DNA from: Candidatus Nanopelagicales bacterium
GTDB taxonomy: Bacteria > Actinomycetota > Actinomycetes > S36-B12
Assembly (NCBI GenBank): GCA_030726915.1
Contig: JANRCR010000031.1
Span: forward strand, 7,672-71,671
Length of the DNA: 64,000 bases
Direction: 5' to 3'
The notes under the pieces are model-generated. The model was given only the letters and a program-made list of their open reading frames with translations, did no database searches and was not told the origin of the DNA. Numbering within the stretch: the first letter of the stretch is position 1; each line of letters opens with the position of its first letter. A program made the position numbers and the translations under genes. Below, in pieces: positions 37,672 to 48,377 of this stretch.

Positions 37672-39012
37672 TCAGCGGCGAAGGATGAAGCCTTCCGGGT
37701 CGCGCTCGGGTCGCGGACCTGGCTCGCTGGCCGAACGCCCGACGGCGACGGCGCCGAGGGGCTGCCAGGAGGCCGGGAGGCCGAGCACGGCACACACCAC
37801 CTCGGGGCAAAACATCGTCGATGAGATCCACGCCGATCCCCATCCCTCGGCCGCGAGGGAGATGAGGAGGTTCTCGACGGCAGCGCCTCCCGACACGAGG
37901 AAGAGGTCGCGCTCGAATCCTGCGCGCCGCTCATCAGGGTAAGCGTGGGGACCCTCGGCGAGGTCAAGAAAGGGCAGGACGACCGCGGGAGCGCGCCACA
38001 GGATGTCTCCGCGCGACACGCGCCGCTTGATCGCCTCGGCATCGAAGCCATCGGCCGCGAGGTCAGCGCGCCACCTGTCGCGCATGGCCGACAGCAACTT
38101 CTCGCGCTGCTGCGTGAGCAGCACGAACCGCCAGGCTGTCGTGTGGTGTGGGGCCGGGGCGGTCACGGCTGCGGCGATTGCCCGCGTCAGCACCTCCTCG
38201 TCAACGGGCTCGTCGGTGAAGTGACGCACCGTACGCCGGGCTGCGACGGCGTCACGCGCGCCCTCGCGGCGGGCCTCCGCCGTTCCCAGGGGAAAGAGAT
38301 CCTCGTCCCGGCGACGGACGAGCGCGACAGCTCCGGGGCCGTCACCGTCGATCACGGCATCGGGCAGCCCGCGGACTATGGCCACGGGGATGCCGCTCAC
38401 CTTGCCCTTGACCACATCCGCGGCGCCCGCGATCTCGTCCGCGATCGCCAGAATTGTTGCCTCCATCGGCCGTCCGCCCGCGTCCGCCCGACCGCGTAGA
38501 TCATCGAGGGGTTCGAGGCCCGCCACGCCGATGGCGCAGTCGGTGAGCCCCTCACGCCACGGGCGCCCGAGGGTGTCGGTGATGATGACCGCGATGCGTG
38601 CCCGGGTCAACTGGGACACCCGGGTGCGCAGTGCTCGAGCGGAGGCGTCGGGGTCTCGGGGGAGGAGCAGGATGAATCCCGCGGGGGCGTTGCTGGCATC
38701 GATGCCGGCGGCGGCGAGCACGAGTCCGTGGTGCGTGCGCACGATCTGGGTGATCCCTCGCGGGGTCTCCTTGGTGGCGACCACCGCCTCCGTCTCGGCG
38801 GTGAGTGCCGCATCGCGATCGGACTCGGGCACGATGCGACCCTCGGCCTTGCTCACGACTTTGCTCGTGATGACCAGGATGTCTCCGTCCGCGATGCCGG
38901 TGGATCCATCGGGCCACGAAACCCCCGATAGACATCGCACGATCTCCGCAGCGAGGTCACAGTCCGCCGTGATCTCGCCGAGTCCGGGGACTCCGACGAC
39001 CTGGAGTGTCAC
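37672..39012 (-). CDS. fbiB: Coenzyme F420-0:L-glutamate ligase (CofE + nitroreductase domain)
   Basis: [46 protein letters not shown]. Confidence 0.94.
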   Translation of the reverse strand: MTLQVVGVPGLGEITADCDLAAEIVRCLSGVSWPDGSTGIADGDILVITSKVVSKAEGRIVPESDRDAALTAETEAVVATKETPRGITQIVRTHHGLVLAAAGIDASNAPAGFILLLPRDPDASARALRTRVSQLTRARIAVIITDTLGRPWREGLTDCAIGVAGLEPLDDLRGRADAGGRPMEATILAIADEIAGAADVVKGKVSGIPVAIVRGLPDAVIDGDGPGAVALVRRRDEDLFPLGTAEARREGARDAVAARRTVRHFTDEPVDEEVLTRAIAAAVTAPAPHHTTAWRFVLLTQQREKLLSAMRDRWRADLAADGFDAEAIKRRVSRGDILWRAPAVVLPFLDLAEGPHAYPDERRAGFERDLFLVSGGAAVENLLISLAAEGWGSAWISSTMFCPEVVCAVLGLPASWQPLGAVAVGRSASEPGPRPERDPEGFILRR

Positions 39013-40067
39013 GAGCCCTGTCGCACGTCATCGGCCACATCCAGTGCGGCTTGGGCGATAGTGACCGTGGTGTCCAGGTCACTCATCCACAGGGGTACGG
39101 CATGGCAGGCGATGCCGAGCGCCTGTACGGCCGAGATCGCATCAGCATCGGAGGTGTCGACGAGCCAACCGTCCAGCAGGCCATCGGCGGGTGCTCCTGC
39201 GGGAATCAGCGCACGCCGTGCTCCGTAGTGGCGAGCCACAGCGCCGGCATCGACGGCCACCCCGATCGCGGCAAGGCACGCATCCGCCATGCCGCGCACC
39301 GGGCGACCTCCGATGATGGGGGAGATACCGACAACGGGTGCCGAGGTGCGCCGTAGGGCATCGACTATCCCCGGCACCTGCAGGATCGTGCCGATGGAGA
39401 CCACCGGGTTGGACGGGGGCAGGAGGACCACATCGGCCTGCTCGATAGCGTCGATGACCCCCGGCCCGGGCCGGGCGTCGGGGGCGCCCACGAGAACGAA
39501 GTCGTGGGCGCATGGCTCGGCGCGGTAGCGGACCCACCATTCCTGAAAGTGGATAGCCCGACGTAGTGGATCTCCCGTGGTGTCACGCGCCCCATCCGGA
39601 TCATCGATGACCACATGGGTCTCTGCCCGATCATCCGACATGGGCAGGAGGCGGACTCCCGGCTGCCATCGGGCGCAGAGGGCCTCGGTGACGGCCGAGA
39701 GCGGGTAGCCACCGTTGAGCATCTGTGTGCGCACGAGATGGGTGGCAATATCTCGATCGCCCAGGCCAAACCAGGAGGGCTCAAGGTCGTAGCGAGCGAG
39801 CTCGTCTTTGACGGTGAAGGTCTCATCCTCCCGACCCCAGCCGCGGGCCTCACTGATGCCGCCACCGAGGGTGTACATCACGGTGTCGAGGTCCGGGCAG
39901 ACACGTAGTCCATGGATCCAGATGTCATCGCCGGTGTTGCCCACGACGGTGATCTCGGAGTCAGGTCCGGCAGCGATCAGGAGGCCACGCAGGAAGCGGG
40001 CTCCACCGATACCGCCGGCAAGCACGGTAATGCGATGGGGGGGACTCTCAGCCGCGGACATGGACAT
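39009..40067 (-). CDS. cofD: 2-phospho-L-lactate transferase
   Basis: [52 protein letters not shown]. Confidence 0.95.
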   Translation of the reverse strand: MSMSAAESPPHRITVLAGGIGGARFLRGLLIAAGPDSEITVVGNTGDDIWIHGLRVCPDLDTVMYTLGGGISEARGWGREDETFTVKDELARYDLEPSWFGLGDRDIATHLVRTQMLNGGYPLSAVTEALCARWQPGVRLLPMSDDRAETHVVIDDPDGARDTTGDPLRRAIHFQEWWVRYRAEPCAHDFVLVGAPDARPGPGVIDAIEQADVVLLPPSNPVVSIGTILQVPGIVDALRRTSAPVVGISPIIGGRPVRGMADACLAAIGVAVDAGAVARHYGARRALIPAGAPADGLLDGWLVDTSDADAISAVQALGIACHAVPLWMSDLDTTVTIAQAALDVADDVRQGS

Positions 40068-40075
40068 AGAGTGAC

Positions 40076-42640
40076 ATGGTGCCGCGAACGCCGTCCGGAG
40101 TCATCCGCGCACTGGCGCGCGCCCGACGGGGTGTGGCGTTGTCGCCGGAGGAGGCCACCTGGCTCCTATCTGCCCGCGGTGAGGCTTTGGAAGAGCTCAT
40201 GATCATCGCGGCGGGACTGCGTGACCGGGGTCTCGTCGACGCCGGTCGCGAGGGCATCATCACGTACTCGCCCAAGGTCTTCATCCCCGTGACCCGGCTG
40301 TGCCGGGACCGATGCCACTACTGCACCTTCGCGACGGTGCCCCATCGGGTCGAGGCGCCCTATCTGTCACCCGACGAGGTGGTGGAAATCGCTCGGCGCG
40401 GTGGTGACCTCGGATGCGCCGAGGCGCTCTTCACGCTGGGGGATCGACCCGAGGACCGGTGGCCCGTTGCGCGGCAGTGGCTCGACGAGGCGGGCTATGC
40501 AGACACCCTGGCCTATGTCCGAGCAATGGCGATCCGCGTCCTCGAGGAGACCGGTCTGCTGCCGCACCTGAATCCCGGTGTCATGACCTGGGAGGAGATG
40601 CGTCGCCTTAGGCCCGTCGCACCCAGCATGGGCATGATGCTCGAAACGACCTCGGAGCGGCTGTGGTCAACGCCCGGTGGTCCCCACTTCGCAAGCCCCG
40701 ACAAAGAGCCGCGGGTGCGGCTGCAGGTGATCGAAGATGCAGGCCGGCTGGCAGTGCCCTTCACCACGGGGATTTTGGTCGGCATCGGCGAGACGGCGGA
40801 GGAGCGGGTCGATGCGCTCTTTGCGCTGCGTGCCGCCCACCGCCGCCATCGCCACCTCCAGGAGATCATCGTCCAGAATTTTCGCGCCAAAGATGACACG
40901 GCGATGCGCCAGGAACCGGATCTCGAGGCGGCGGACTATCTCGCCACGCTCGCGACGGCGCGCATCGTGTTGGGACCGCGGGTGAGGATCCAGGCGCCCC
41001 CCAATCTCTCCGCTGACCTCACGTCCCTGCTGCGAGCGGGTGTCGATGATTGGGGTGGGGTGAGTCCCGTGACTCCCGACCACGTCAACCCCGAGCGACC
41101 CTGGCCACAGCTTGAGGACTTGCGTGAGCGGACCCGTGCTGCCGGCTTTGACCTTCGGGCCAGATTGACCGCCCACCCGGAGTACGTGCTGACGGGGGAG
41201 TGGATCGATCCACGACTACGTCCCCACGTCAATGCGCTCGTCGACCGGGACGGCCTCCTCCGTGAGGGTGCCCGCCCCCAGGGGAGGCCGTGGCAGGAGG
41301 TGGACGGGGCCCTGGGGTCCTACTCGGCCTTCGCTGCCCGGGCTGCTGGCGGACGGGTCGACCTGCACATCGACATCGATATTGCCGGCCGCCAGTCTGA
41401 TCGCCGTGCCGACTTTGCGGAGGTCTACGGCGACTGGGATGACGTTCGTGAGCGCGCTGGTGCATCGACGTCATCGATGCCGACGCGACTTGATTCCGAT
41501 GTCCGCGCGGCACTGGATCTTGCCCATGCCAACCCTGCGGCACTGGCTCGAGAAGACAACGCCGATGCGGCCCTCGCACTGATGACAGCGACCGGCGAAG
41601 CGCTTGAGGCCGTGGTGCGCTTGGCCGATGAGGTGCGCCGGGATGCTCTGGGCGATGAGGTCACGTACGTCGTGAACCGCAACATCAACTTCACCAATGT
41701 CTGCTACACCGGCTGCCGATTCTGCGCTTTCGCTCAGCGCGAATCTGACGTGGATGCCTTCACACTGTCGCTCGAGGAGGTGGCGAGTCGGGTGCGTGAG
41801 GCCGTCGAGGCAGGTGCGACGGAGATTTGCATGCAGGGCGGGATCCATCCCGACCTGCCGGGATCGGCGTACTTCGACCTCGCGCGAGCGGTCAAAGCAG
41901 CCGCTCCCGGTGTGCATTTGCACGCCTTCAGTCCCATGGAGGTGGTCAACGGTGCGAGTCGGGCGGACCTATCGATCCGTGAATGGCTTGAGGCCGCGCG
42001 TGAAGCCGGCGTTGACTCGCTCCCGGGCACGGCTGCCGAGATCCTCGACGATGACGTGCGCTGGATCCTCACCAAGGGCAAACTCCCCGCGCGTACCTGG
42101 ATCGAGGTTGTCACGACCGCGCACGACGTAGGTCTGCCCACAACATCAACGATGATGTACGGCCATGTCGATGAGCCGCGACACTGGGTGGATCATCTAC
42201 GTGTCCTGCGATCGATCCAGGAACGCACCGGCGGCTTTACGGAGTTCGTCCCCCTGCCGTTCATTCACCACAATGCGCCTCTCTACCTCGCCGGTGCCGC
42301 GCGCCCCGGGCCCACCGGTCGGGACAACCGAGCCGTCCATGCGATGGCGCGCCTGCTCCTCCACGGTGCCGTGTCTCACGTGCAGTGCTCGTGGGTGAAG
42401 CTGGGCGATGATGGGTGTCGCGCCGTGCTGGCCGGTGGGGTCGACGACCTCGGCGGGACCCTCATGGAGGAGACAATTAGCCGGATGGCGGGCTCCGAGC
42501 ACGGGTCGGCCAAGACGGTCGCCGAGCTCCAGGACCTCATCCGATCGGCTGGGCGGACCCCCAGGGAGAGGACCACCGGGTATGGCACCCCCCCGGCTCG
42601 CCCGGGGACTCCACACGACCGAGTTGGCCTGCGGGCTTGA
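40076..42640 (+). CDS. fbiC: Bifunctional FO synthase CofG/CofH
   Basis: Two radical-SAM motifs CRDRCHYC and CYTGCRFC; [33 protein letters not shown]. Confidence 0.95.
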   Translation: MVPRTPSGVIRALARARRGVALSPEEATWLLSARGEALEELMIIAAGLRDRGLVDAGREGIITYSPKVFIPVTRLCRDRCHYCTFATVPHRVEAPYLSPDEVVEIARRGGDLGCAEALFTLGDRPEDRWPVARQWLDEAGYADTLAYVRAMAIRVLEETGLLPHLNPGVMTWEEMRRLRPVAPSMGMMLETTSERLWSTPGGPHFASPDKEPRVRLQVIEDAGRLAVPFTTGILVGIGETAEERVDALFALRAAHRRHRHLQEIIVQNFRAKDDTAMRQEPDLEAADYLATLATARIVLGPRVRIQAPPNLSADLTSLLRAGVDDWGGVSPVTPDHVNPERPWPQLEDLRERTRAAGFDLRARLTAHPEYVLTGEWIDPRLRPHVNALVDRDGLLREGARPQGRPWQEVDGALGSYSAFAARAAGGRVDLHIDIDIAGRQSDRRADFAEVYGDWDDVRERAGASTSSMPTRLDSDVRAALDLAHANPAALAREDNADAALALMTATGEALEAVVRLADEVRRDALGDEVTYVVNRNINFTNVCYTGCRFCAFAQRESDVDAFTLSLEEVASRVREAVEAGATEICMQGGIHPDLPGSAYFDLARAVKAAAPGVHLHAFSPMEVVNGASRADLSIREWLEAAREAGVDSLPGTAAEILDDDVRWILTKGKLPARTWIEVVTTAHDVGLPTTSTMMYGHVDEPRHWVDHLRVLRSIQERTGGFTEFVPLPFIHHNAPLYLAGAARPGPTGRDNRAVHAMARLLLHGAVSHVQCSWVKLGDDGCRAVLAGGVDDLGGTLMEETISRMAGSEHGSAKTVAELQDLIRSAGRTPRERTTGYGTPPARPGTPHDRVGLRA

Positions 42641-42681
42641 CGGGGGTGCCTCAGGACCTATGTAATGACACCGGTGTTATT
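42637..42681 (+). promoter_or_regulatory. whiB promoter with GACAC-containing palindrome
   Basis: TTGACG-N18-TGTAAT overlapping AATGACAC-CG-GTGTTATT; GACAC is the known WhiA-binding core. Confidence 0.6.
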
Positions 42682-42725
42682 TACGGTCGCGGGGCAGCCC
42701 GCGCCACACGGAGGGAGGTTCGGCA

Positions 42726-42992
42726 GTGGTTGATCCCGTGCTCCTACCGTTGGCTAACGCGGATGACATGGAGGTCATGGAGTGGCAGGAGCGTGCCCTG
42801 TGTGCCCAGACCGACCCCGAGGCGTTCTTCCCGGAAAAGGGTGGCAGCACGCGCGAGGCTAAGCGCGTATGCCTGTCCTGTGACGTCCGGGGTGAGTGCT
42901 TGGAGTACGCCCTCGCCAACGACGAGCGCTTCGGTATCTGGGGTGGCCTATCCGAGCGCGAGCGGCGCCGGCTGAAGAAGCAGGCAGTCTGA
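42726..42992 (+). CDS. whiB: WhiB family Fe-S transcription factor (WhiB/WhiB2 type)
   Basis: WQERALCAQTDPEAFFPEKGGSTREAK..C..C....C...GIWGGLSERERR; GGAGG RBS. Confidence 0.96.
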   Translation: MVDPVLLPLANADDMEVMEWQERALCAQTDPEAFFPEKGGSTREAKRVCLSCDVRGECLEYALANDERFGIWGGLSERERRRLKKQAV

Positions 42993-45900
42993 GCGGACGC
43001 CACCGCGTCACGGCTGTCATCGTCGCTCGTGATGGCGCGGTGTGGTTGCCCGCGGTCCTCACGGTCCTGAGCGGGCAATCTCGCCATCCGGAAGCCATTG
43101 TTGGTGTCGATGCTGGGTCCACCGACACGAGTGCGCGGATTCTGACCGAGTCCCTCGGTGCGGACCGCGTCATCATGCTTCCCTCCGCAGGGGAACTTCC
43201 GAGCTTTGGTGCATCTGTGCAGACAGGCCTGGCCTCCGGGGTCTTGAGGTCAGACACCGATGAGGCCTTCGATATCGAGACCACCGAGTGGGTGTGGTTG
43301 CTCCACGATGACTCGGCCCCCGCCTCGGACTGTCTGGAAATCCTGCTGGCCGCGGCGGATACCTACCCGCGAGCGGCGATCTTGGGACCCAAGGCCCTGG
43401 GATGGCACGACCGCAGACTCCTCCTGGAGCTCGGCTTCAGCATCACCGGCTCCGGTCGACGCACCACCGGACTCGAGCGCCGGGAGCATGATCAGGGCCA
43501 GCACGATGAGCGGAGTGAGGTGCATGCCGTCGGCTCGGCAGGCATGCTCATCCGACGTGATGCCTGGGATGCCCTCGACGGCTTCGACACCTGCCTGCCT
43601 CTCTACCGAGACGATCTAGATCTGTGCTGGCGTACCTGGCGGGCGGGTCACGAGGTGCGTGTGGTGCCGGAGGCCGTCATTCATCATCGCGAGGCGTCCT
43701 ATCACGGGCGTCGGGAGGGCTCGACGCAGTCGGCGCGCGGGCATCGATTGGATCGTCGATCTGCCCTCCACGTCCTCCTCGCGCAGACACCGGCGTGGAG
43801 GCTCCCCTTCACCGCGCTGCGGCTCGCCATCGGCTCCCTCGTGCGTTCCCTGGTCTACCTGCTCGGCAAGGACCTGCGCCGAGCCGGTGATGAGATTGCC
43901 GCGATCGGCTCCATCGTTGCCCACCCTGGTCGCGTGGCAGCGAGCCGTCGTCACATCCGTGAGACCTCCACCATGACCTCGCGCGAAGCCGTTCATGATC
44001 TGCGTCCCGGGGCGTGGTCCCAGGCGCGGGGCGCTGGAGAGGCACTGATCGGCATCATGGCGTCTGGGCGGGCCGAGGATTCACGCTCCGTCGGTGCGCT
44101 GGAATCCGGTCCGGTCTCGGATGACGCGGATATCTTCGACGATCCGACCGATGGATTCCTTCGACGCGCACTCGGACGGCCCGCGGTTGTTATCGCGCTC
44201 GTCTTAATCGTGGCATCGGCCGTGGCGGGACGGTCCCTGTGGTGGGGCGATGGGGTGCTCTTCGGAGGTGCCCTGCTGCCCAGCCCTGCTGGTGCCGGGG
44301 ACCTGTGGGCTGCCTACACCGACACGTGGCACGACGTTGGTCCTGGATCCACTGTGCCGGCGGCACCCCTGACGGCGATTCTGGCCTCTCTCGCGACACT
44401 GGTCCTGGGCAAATCCGGCCTGATGGTCGGCATTGTGCTCTTCATGGCGGTGCCTGCCGCTGCTCTGAGTGCCTGGTGGTCACTGCGCGGTGTTGTGCAG
44501 GCACGAGGTCCGCGGGTGTGGGCATCCCTTGCCTACGCGCTCCTACCGGCGATGACCGGGGCGATCGCGACGGGTCGCATCGGTGTGCTCATCGCGGTGG
44601 TCTTGCTGCCGCCTGTGGTGCGAATCCTGGCTCGGTCACTGGATCTCGCACCGTCACTGCCACCGCCGACCGGGCGCACCGCCTGGGGGGGTGCCCTCCT
44701 CCTCGCCCTGGCCATCGCCGGTGCTCCCATCCTGTGGGTGTGGTTGGTGCTCGCCGTCCTCGCCGGTCTCGTCGTTGCGCTGCGTCGGAGTCTCATGACG
44801 AGAGATCTCCTGCTCCGGTGCCTCGCCATGGTGCTGGCTCCCCTCGCACTCCTCCTGCCCTGGTCCCTCCACGTGCTCAGCCATCCCGCCCTGTTTCTCG
44901 CCGATCTGGGAGTGCCGCTCGACGTACCGCCCATCGGCGCGTCCTCCCTGTTGCTGCTGGATCCGGGGGGTCCCGGCACGCCTGCGATGTGGGTGACCGT
45001 GGGGATCGTCCTGGCTGCCGTGGCAGCGGTGCTTCGGCCCGCGACCCGGCGCCTGACCCTGTCGACGTGGGCTGTGGCGCTCACCGTGATGGGACTGACT
45101 CTGCTGTCGACTCGCCTTCCTCTGCAGACGCCATCATCAGAGAGTCCCGTGGTCATGTGGTCCGGCACCGCCGCCGCGGTGATGGGGGGTGCCCTGATCC
45201 TGGCCGCTGCAGTTGCGTCGGACGGTCTGCGCACGAGCATGTCCGAAGCGGCTTTCACCTGGCGGCAGCCGGTCGCTGGGGTTGCCTCACTGCTCGCGGT
45301 AGTTAGCGCGGCGCTGCTCTTGGTCTCCTGGCTCCCGGGCTCGGATGATCCAGTCCGGCGAGCGGATCCCACGGTGTTGCCGCCGTTCGTCACCGCCGAG
45401 GCCATCGGTCCAGAAGCGCCGAGGACGCTCATCTTGAGTCCAGAATCGGCGGCCCAGGTCGGCTACGCACTGATCAATGGCACCGGCCCCACGCTCGGTG
45501 ATGCCGAGGTCGCACCTCCCGCCAGCGATTGGGTGCGGTTGGACGCCCTCGTCGCCGGACTTGTTTCCGGACGGGGTGGGGACGACGTGGAGGGTCTGGC
45601 AGCGTATGCCGTGCGCTACGTCGGCCTCGAAGATGCAGCGGAGGCGGGACGCTCGCTCGCACGCACCCTCGACTCGGTCCCGGGACTACGTCGTGTCGCT
45701 GGACAGGAGGGTGAAGTCCTGTGGCGCGTGGCCCCGGAGGCCAGCCGCGTGACCGTCCTCAACCGGGATGCCTCGGATGGCATCACGGTGACGCCGGTGC
45801 CCATCGTGCAGCTGTCATCCGCTGAACCCCTGGTGGACTCCTCACTCGCCGCGGCCCAGGGTTCGGTCCGGATTGCCCAAACTGCTGATTCGGCCTGGCG

Positions 45901-46207
45901 CGCCACCCTCGACGGTGTCGCCCTCCCGCCCGCGGAGCGTGAGACCGCTGGTGTGGACGGTGCGCTGCAGCAGTTTGTCCTGGCCTCTCCTTCGGGCGGC
46001 CAACTCGTGGTGACCATCGAGGATTCGACACGCACCCGGTGGCTCTGGGCCCAGGGAATCATCCTGTTTGTCGTGATCATCCTGGCGCTGCCGGGGCGCC
46101 GTGCCATCGGAGACGATGACGCAGACGACGGTGTGGATGCCGACGTCGCGCGCGAATCGGCGTCCATCCCCGATCCAGCGGTGGCCCACGATGAGGTGTC
46201 GTCATGA
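42989..46207 (+). CDS. Large GT2 glycosyltransferase with multi-TM C-terminal region
   Basis: VTAVIV..DG, W.WLLHDD, DQGQHD, DD.DLCWR, many TM helices; conserved neighbour of whiB; start uncertain (CTG 42989 or GTG 42896). Confidence 0.85.
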   Translation: MSGRHRVTAVIVARDGAVWLPAVLTVLSGQSRHPEAIVGVDAGSTDTSARILTESLGADRVIMLPSAGELPSFGASVQTGLASGVLRSDTDEAFDIETTEWVWLLHDDSAPASDCLEILLAAADTYPRAAILGPKALGWHDRRLLLELGFSITGSGRRTTGLERREHDQGQHDERSEVHAVGSAGMLIRRDAWDALDGFDTCLPLYRDDLDLCWRTWRAGHEVRVVPEAVIHHREASYHGRREGSTQSARGHRLDRRSALHVLLAQTPAWRLPFTALRLAIGSLVRSLVYLLGKDLRRAGDEIAAIGSIVAHPGRVAASRRHIRETSTMTSREAVHDLRPGAWSQARGAGEALIGIMASGRAEDSRSVGALESGPVSDDADIFDDPTDGFLRRALGRPAVVIALVLIVASAVAGRSLWWGDGVLFGGALLPSPAGAGDLWAAYTDTWHDVGPGSTVPAAPLTAILASLATLVLGKSGLMVGIVLFMAVPAAALSAWWSLRGVVQARGPRVWASLAYALLPAMTGAIATGRIGVLIAVVLLPPVVRILARSLDLAPSLPPPTGRTAWGGALLLALAIAGAPILWVWLVLAVLAGLVVALRRSLMTRDLLLRCLAMVLAPLALLLPWSLHVLSHPALFLADLGVPLDVPPIGASSLLLLDPGGPGTPAMWVTVGIVLAAVAAVLRPATRRLTLSTWAVALTVMGLTLLSTRLPLQTPSSESPVVMWSGTAAAVMGGALILAAAVASDGLRTSMSEAAFTWRQPVAGVASLLAVVSAALLLVSWLPGSDDPVRRADPTVLPPFVTAEAIGPEAPRTLILSPESAAQVGYALINGTGPTLGDAEVAPPASDWVRLDALVAGLVSGRGGDDVEGLAAYAVRYVGLEDAAEAGRSLARTLDSVPGLRRVAGQEGEVLWRVAPEASRVTVLNRDASDGITVTPVPIVQLSSAEPLVDSSLAAAQGSVRIAQTADSAWRATLDGVALPPAERETAGVDGALQQFVLASPSGGQLVVTIEDSTRTRWLWAQGIILFVVIILALPGRRAIGDDDADDGVDADVARESASIPDPAVAHDEVSS

Positions 46208-47931
46208 CCTCACCCGCTCCTGACTCATCGAAGCGTCCACGTCGGCTCCGGCGCACCAGAGCATCCGCGGAGGTCACAGTCTCGGATCCGCGGGGCTGGC
46301 AGGCTGTCGGACTCATCGCCGCCATCTCGGCCCTGCTCATCCTGATCGGCGTACTCGTCCCGGGTCCCCCGGCGGCAGATGGGGCAACGGCACGTGTGGA
46401 GCCGGTCAATTCCTCCGTGTTGGTGTGCCCCGAGCCGGGATCGACGGACGGGTCGCGAACGACGACAACGGTGACGAGCATCCCGGGTTTTCCGGGGCAG
46501 GACCGTGCTGGCGAAGCCGCGATCACCTATCTCGAGGGGCCCGAGGCCGGTGTCGCCGCCGATGCTGACGCCGCGGAGCAGGCGACGGGCTCGCTGGAAT
46601 CCCCCGGGGACTCCGCGCAACTGATTGAGGAGACCCGGAGACTGCCCGCCCTGGAGATTCGCTCGCTCGGTGGACTCGCCCCGGGGCTCGTGGCCGCTCA
46701 GACGACGCAGGACTCCTTCAGCGCGGGTCGGGGTTTTGCCAGCGTGGCGTGCCTGGGACCGGACACGTCCTGGTGGTTTGTGGGTGGTGGATCAACCGCC
46801 GGTCGTGACAGCGAACTCGTGCTGGTGAACCCAGAGGACACACCTGCCGATGTGGAAGTGTCCATCAGCGGGCCGGAGGGGCTCGTGCAGACCCCGCGCC
46901 TGCGTGGACTCGTGGTAGAGCCGCGCAGTCGCATCGTCGTGCGCCTGTCACGTGAAGCGCCCCGCCTGTCCGCGACGGCCTGGCGCGTCGCTGTGCGCTC
47001 CGGGCGCGTGGTGGCCGCGCTGGCTGACCGCGAGACGGATGGTTTTGTTCCCCGTGGAGCAGATTGGATCCCCGCGTCCGCGGATCCATCGACGCGGGTG
47101 CTGATCCCCGGTGTCGCGGGGGGAGCGGGTGGTCGTCAATTGCTCGTCCACGCTCCCGGTGATCTGTCGGCGACGGTGCGCCTCCGCCTCATCACGGCCG
47201 ATGGTGCCTTTGTCCCATCAGCCGTGCCGGAGATTGACGTCCCGGGAGGTGCGGTCGTATCGGTCAGCATGGACGATGCACTCCAGGGCGAGGACGCCAC
47301 CATCGACCTCGTATCTGATGTCCCCATCGTCGCGGGTGTGCGGCAGCGGCACCCGGGTATCGATGCGGCCGCGGGATCGCTGGAGGAGTTGTCTTTCGCG
47401 ACCGGTGCCGCTGGCATTAGGGATGTCTCTGCCGTCTCCGGTCTGCCCGCCGAGCGCAGCACGGCTGTCACCGTGTGGTTGACGGCTCCCGGTGCAGCTC
47501 CGGACATTCAACCGATATCTCAGATGATGGACGATATGTCTGGCGCTGATGGGTCCAGCGCATCGCCGGGTGTGAGTGCCGACGACACGATCCCGCAGGT
47601 TGCACCGACGACGGTCGAGGCCCCGGTGAGCGTGACCTTGCGTCTCTACCCCGTCAGCCCCGACGGTGCGCCACTCCCATCGCCTCCTGACATCACGGTG
47701 TCGATCCCCCGGGATCGCTTGGTGGCGGTCGACATCCCGAGACCCGAAGGGGCCGCGTGGTTCACCGCATTGGTCACCGTCTCCGACGGGGACATCGTCG
47801 TTGCCCACCGGTCGGTACGTCGCAACCGGGACGGCTCCTTGATCACCGGTTATCCCTGGCGGCCCCTTCGCACCACGGTGGTCGTGCCGCGCGCCTACCC
47901 AGCACCCCAACTCGCCGTCCCATCCCCCTGA
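46204..47931 (+). CDS. DUF5719-like membrane-anchored extracellular protein
   Basis: N-terminal TM, LVCP, C.....WWFVGG.T..G....L.L.NP motif; typical position after the GT2 gene. Confidence 0.75.
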   Translation: MTSPAPDSSKRPRRLRRTRASAEVTVSDPRGWQAVGLIAAISALLILIGVLVPGPPAADGATARVEPVNSSVLVCPEPGSTDGSRTTTTVTSIPGFPGQDRAGEAAITYLEGPEAGVAADADAAEQATGSLESPGDSAQLIEETRRLPALEIRSLGGLAPGLVAAQTTQDSFSAGRGFASVACLGPDTSWWFVGGGSTAGRDSELVLVNPEDTPADVEVSISGPEGLVQTPRLRGLVVEPRSRIVVRLSREAPRLSATAWRVAVRSGRVVAALADRETDGFVPRGADWIPASADPSTRVLIPGVAGGAGGRQLLVHAPGDLSATVRLRLITADGAFVPSAVPEIDVPGGAVVSVSMDDALQGEDATIDLVSDVPIVAGVRQRHPGIDAAAGSLEELSFATGAAGIRDVSAVSGLPAERSTAVTVWLTAPGAAPDIQPISQMMDDMSGADGSSASPGVSADDTIPQVAPTTVEAPVSVTLRLYPVSPDGAPLPSPPDITVSIPRDRLVAVDIPRPEGAAWFTALVTVSDGDIVVAHRSVRRNRDGSLITGYPWRPLRTTVVVPRAYPAPQLAVPSP

Positions 47932-47987
47932 GGCGTCCCGGCGTGGCACCGACGGTCTCGGCCGACAGGACGGTAGCGTCGCCGTTC

Positions 47988-48377
47988 GTGGGCTACCGTC
48001 GTCGCTGCTCCCGCGTCACCTGCAGCAGAGCTGCCACGGCCACCTTGACCTATGTCTATGCCGACTCCACCGCTGTGCTCGGTCCCTTGTCCACGGTGCG
48101 TGATCCGCACGGATATGACCTATGTGACATGCACGCCATCAAACTGACCGCGCCCTTGGGCTGGGAGGTGGTGCGCATCGCACCCGACCTCGCGGATCTG
48201 GGGCCGTCCGGTGATGATCTCGAGGCCCTCGCCAATGCCGTGCGTGAGGCAGCCGCGTCCAGTGATCGCGGCCCAACCCTGTTTGACGATCTGGAAGCCC
48301 GCACAGCAGTGGGCGCCGAAGGCACCCGCCGAGGCCACCTGCGGTCCCTACCGGTCGGCTACGACCCCGAGGCGTGA
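47988..48377 (+). CDS. DUF3499 family protein
   Basis: RCSR..C...A.ATLTYVYADSTAVLGPL, YDLC..HA..LTAP.GWEVVR, DDLEALA.AVRE, RRGHLR. Confidence 0.88.
   Translation: MGYRRRCSRVTCSRAATATLTYVYADSTAVLGPLSTVRDPHGYDLCDMHAIKLTAPLGWEVVRIAPDLADLGPSGDDLEALANAVREAAASSDRGPTLFDDLEARTAVGAEGTRRGHLRSLPVGYDPEA

Noticed and set aside
37672-42640. F420 genes as part of the betaine C1 pathway
   Set aside because: fbiAB occupy their usual whiB-linked core locus beyond the terminator, and no F420-dependent oxidoreductase is in the cluster
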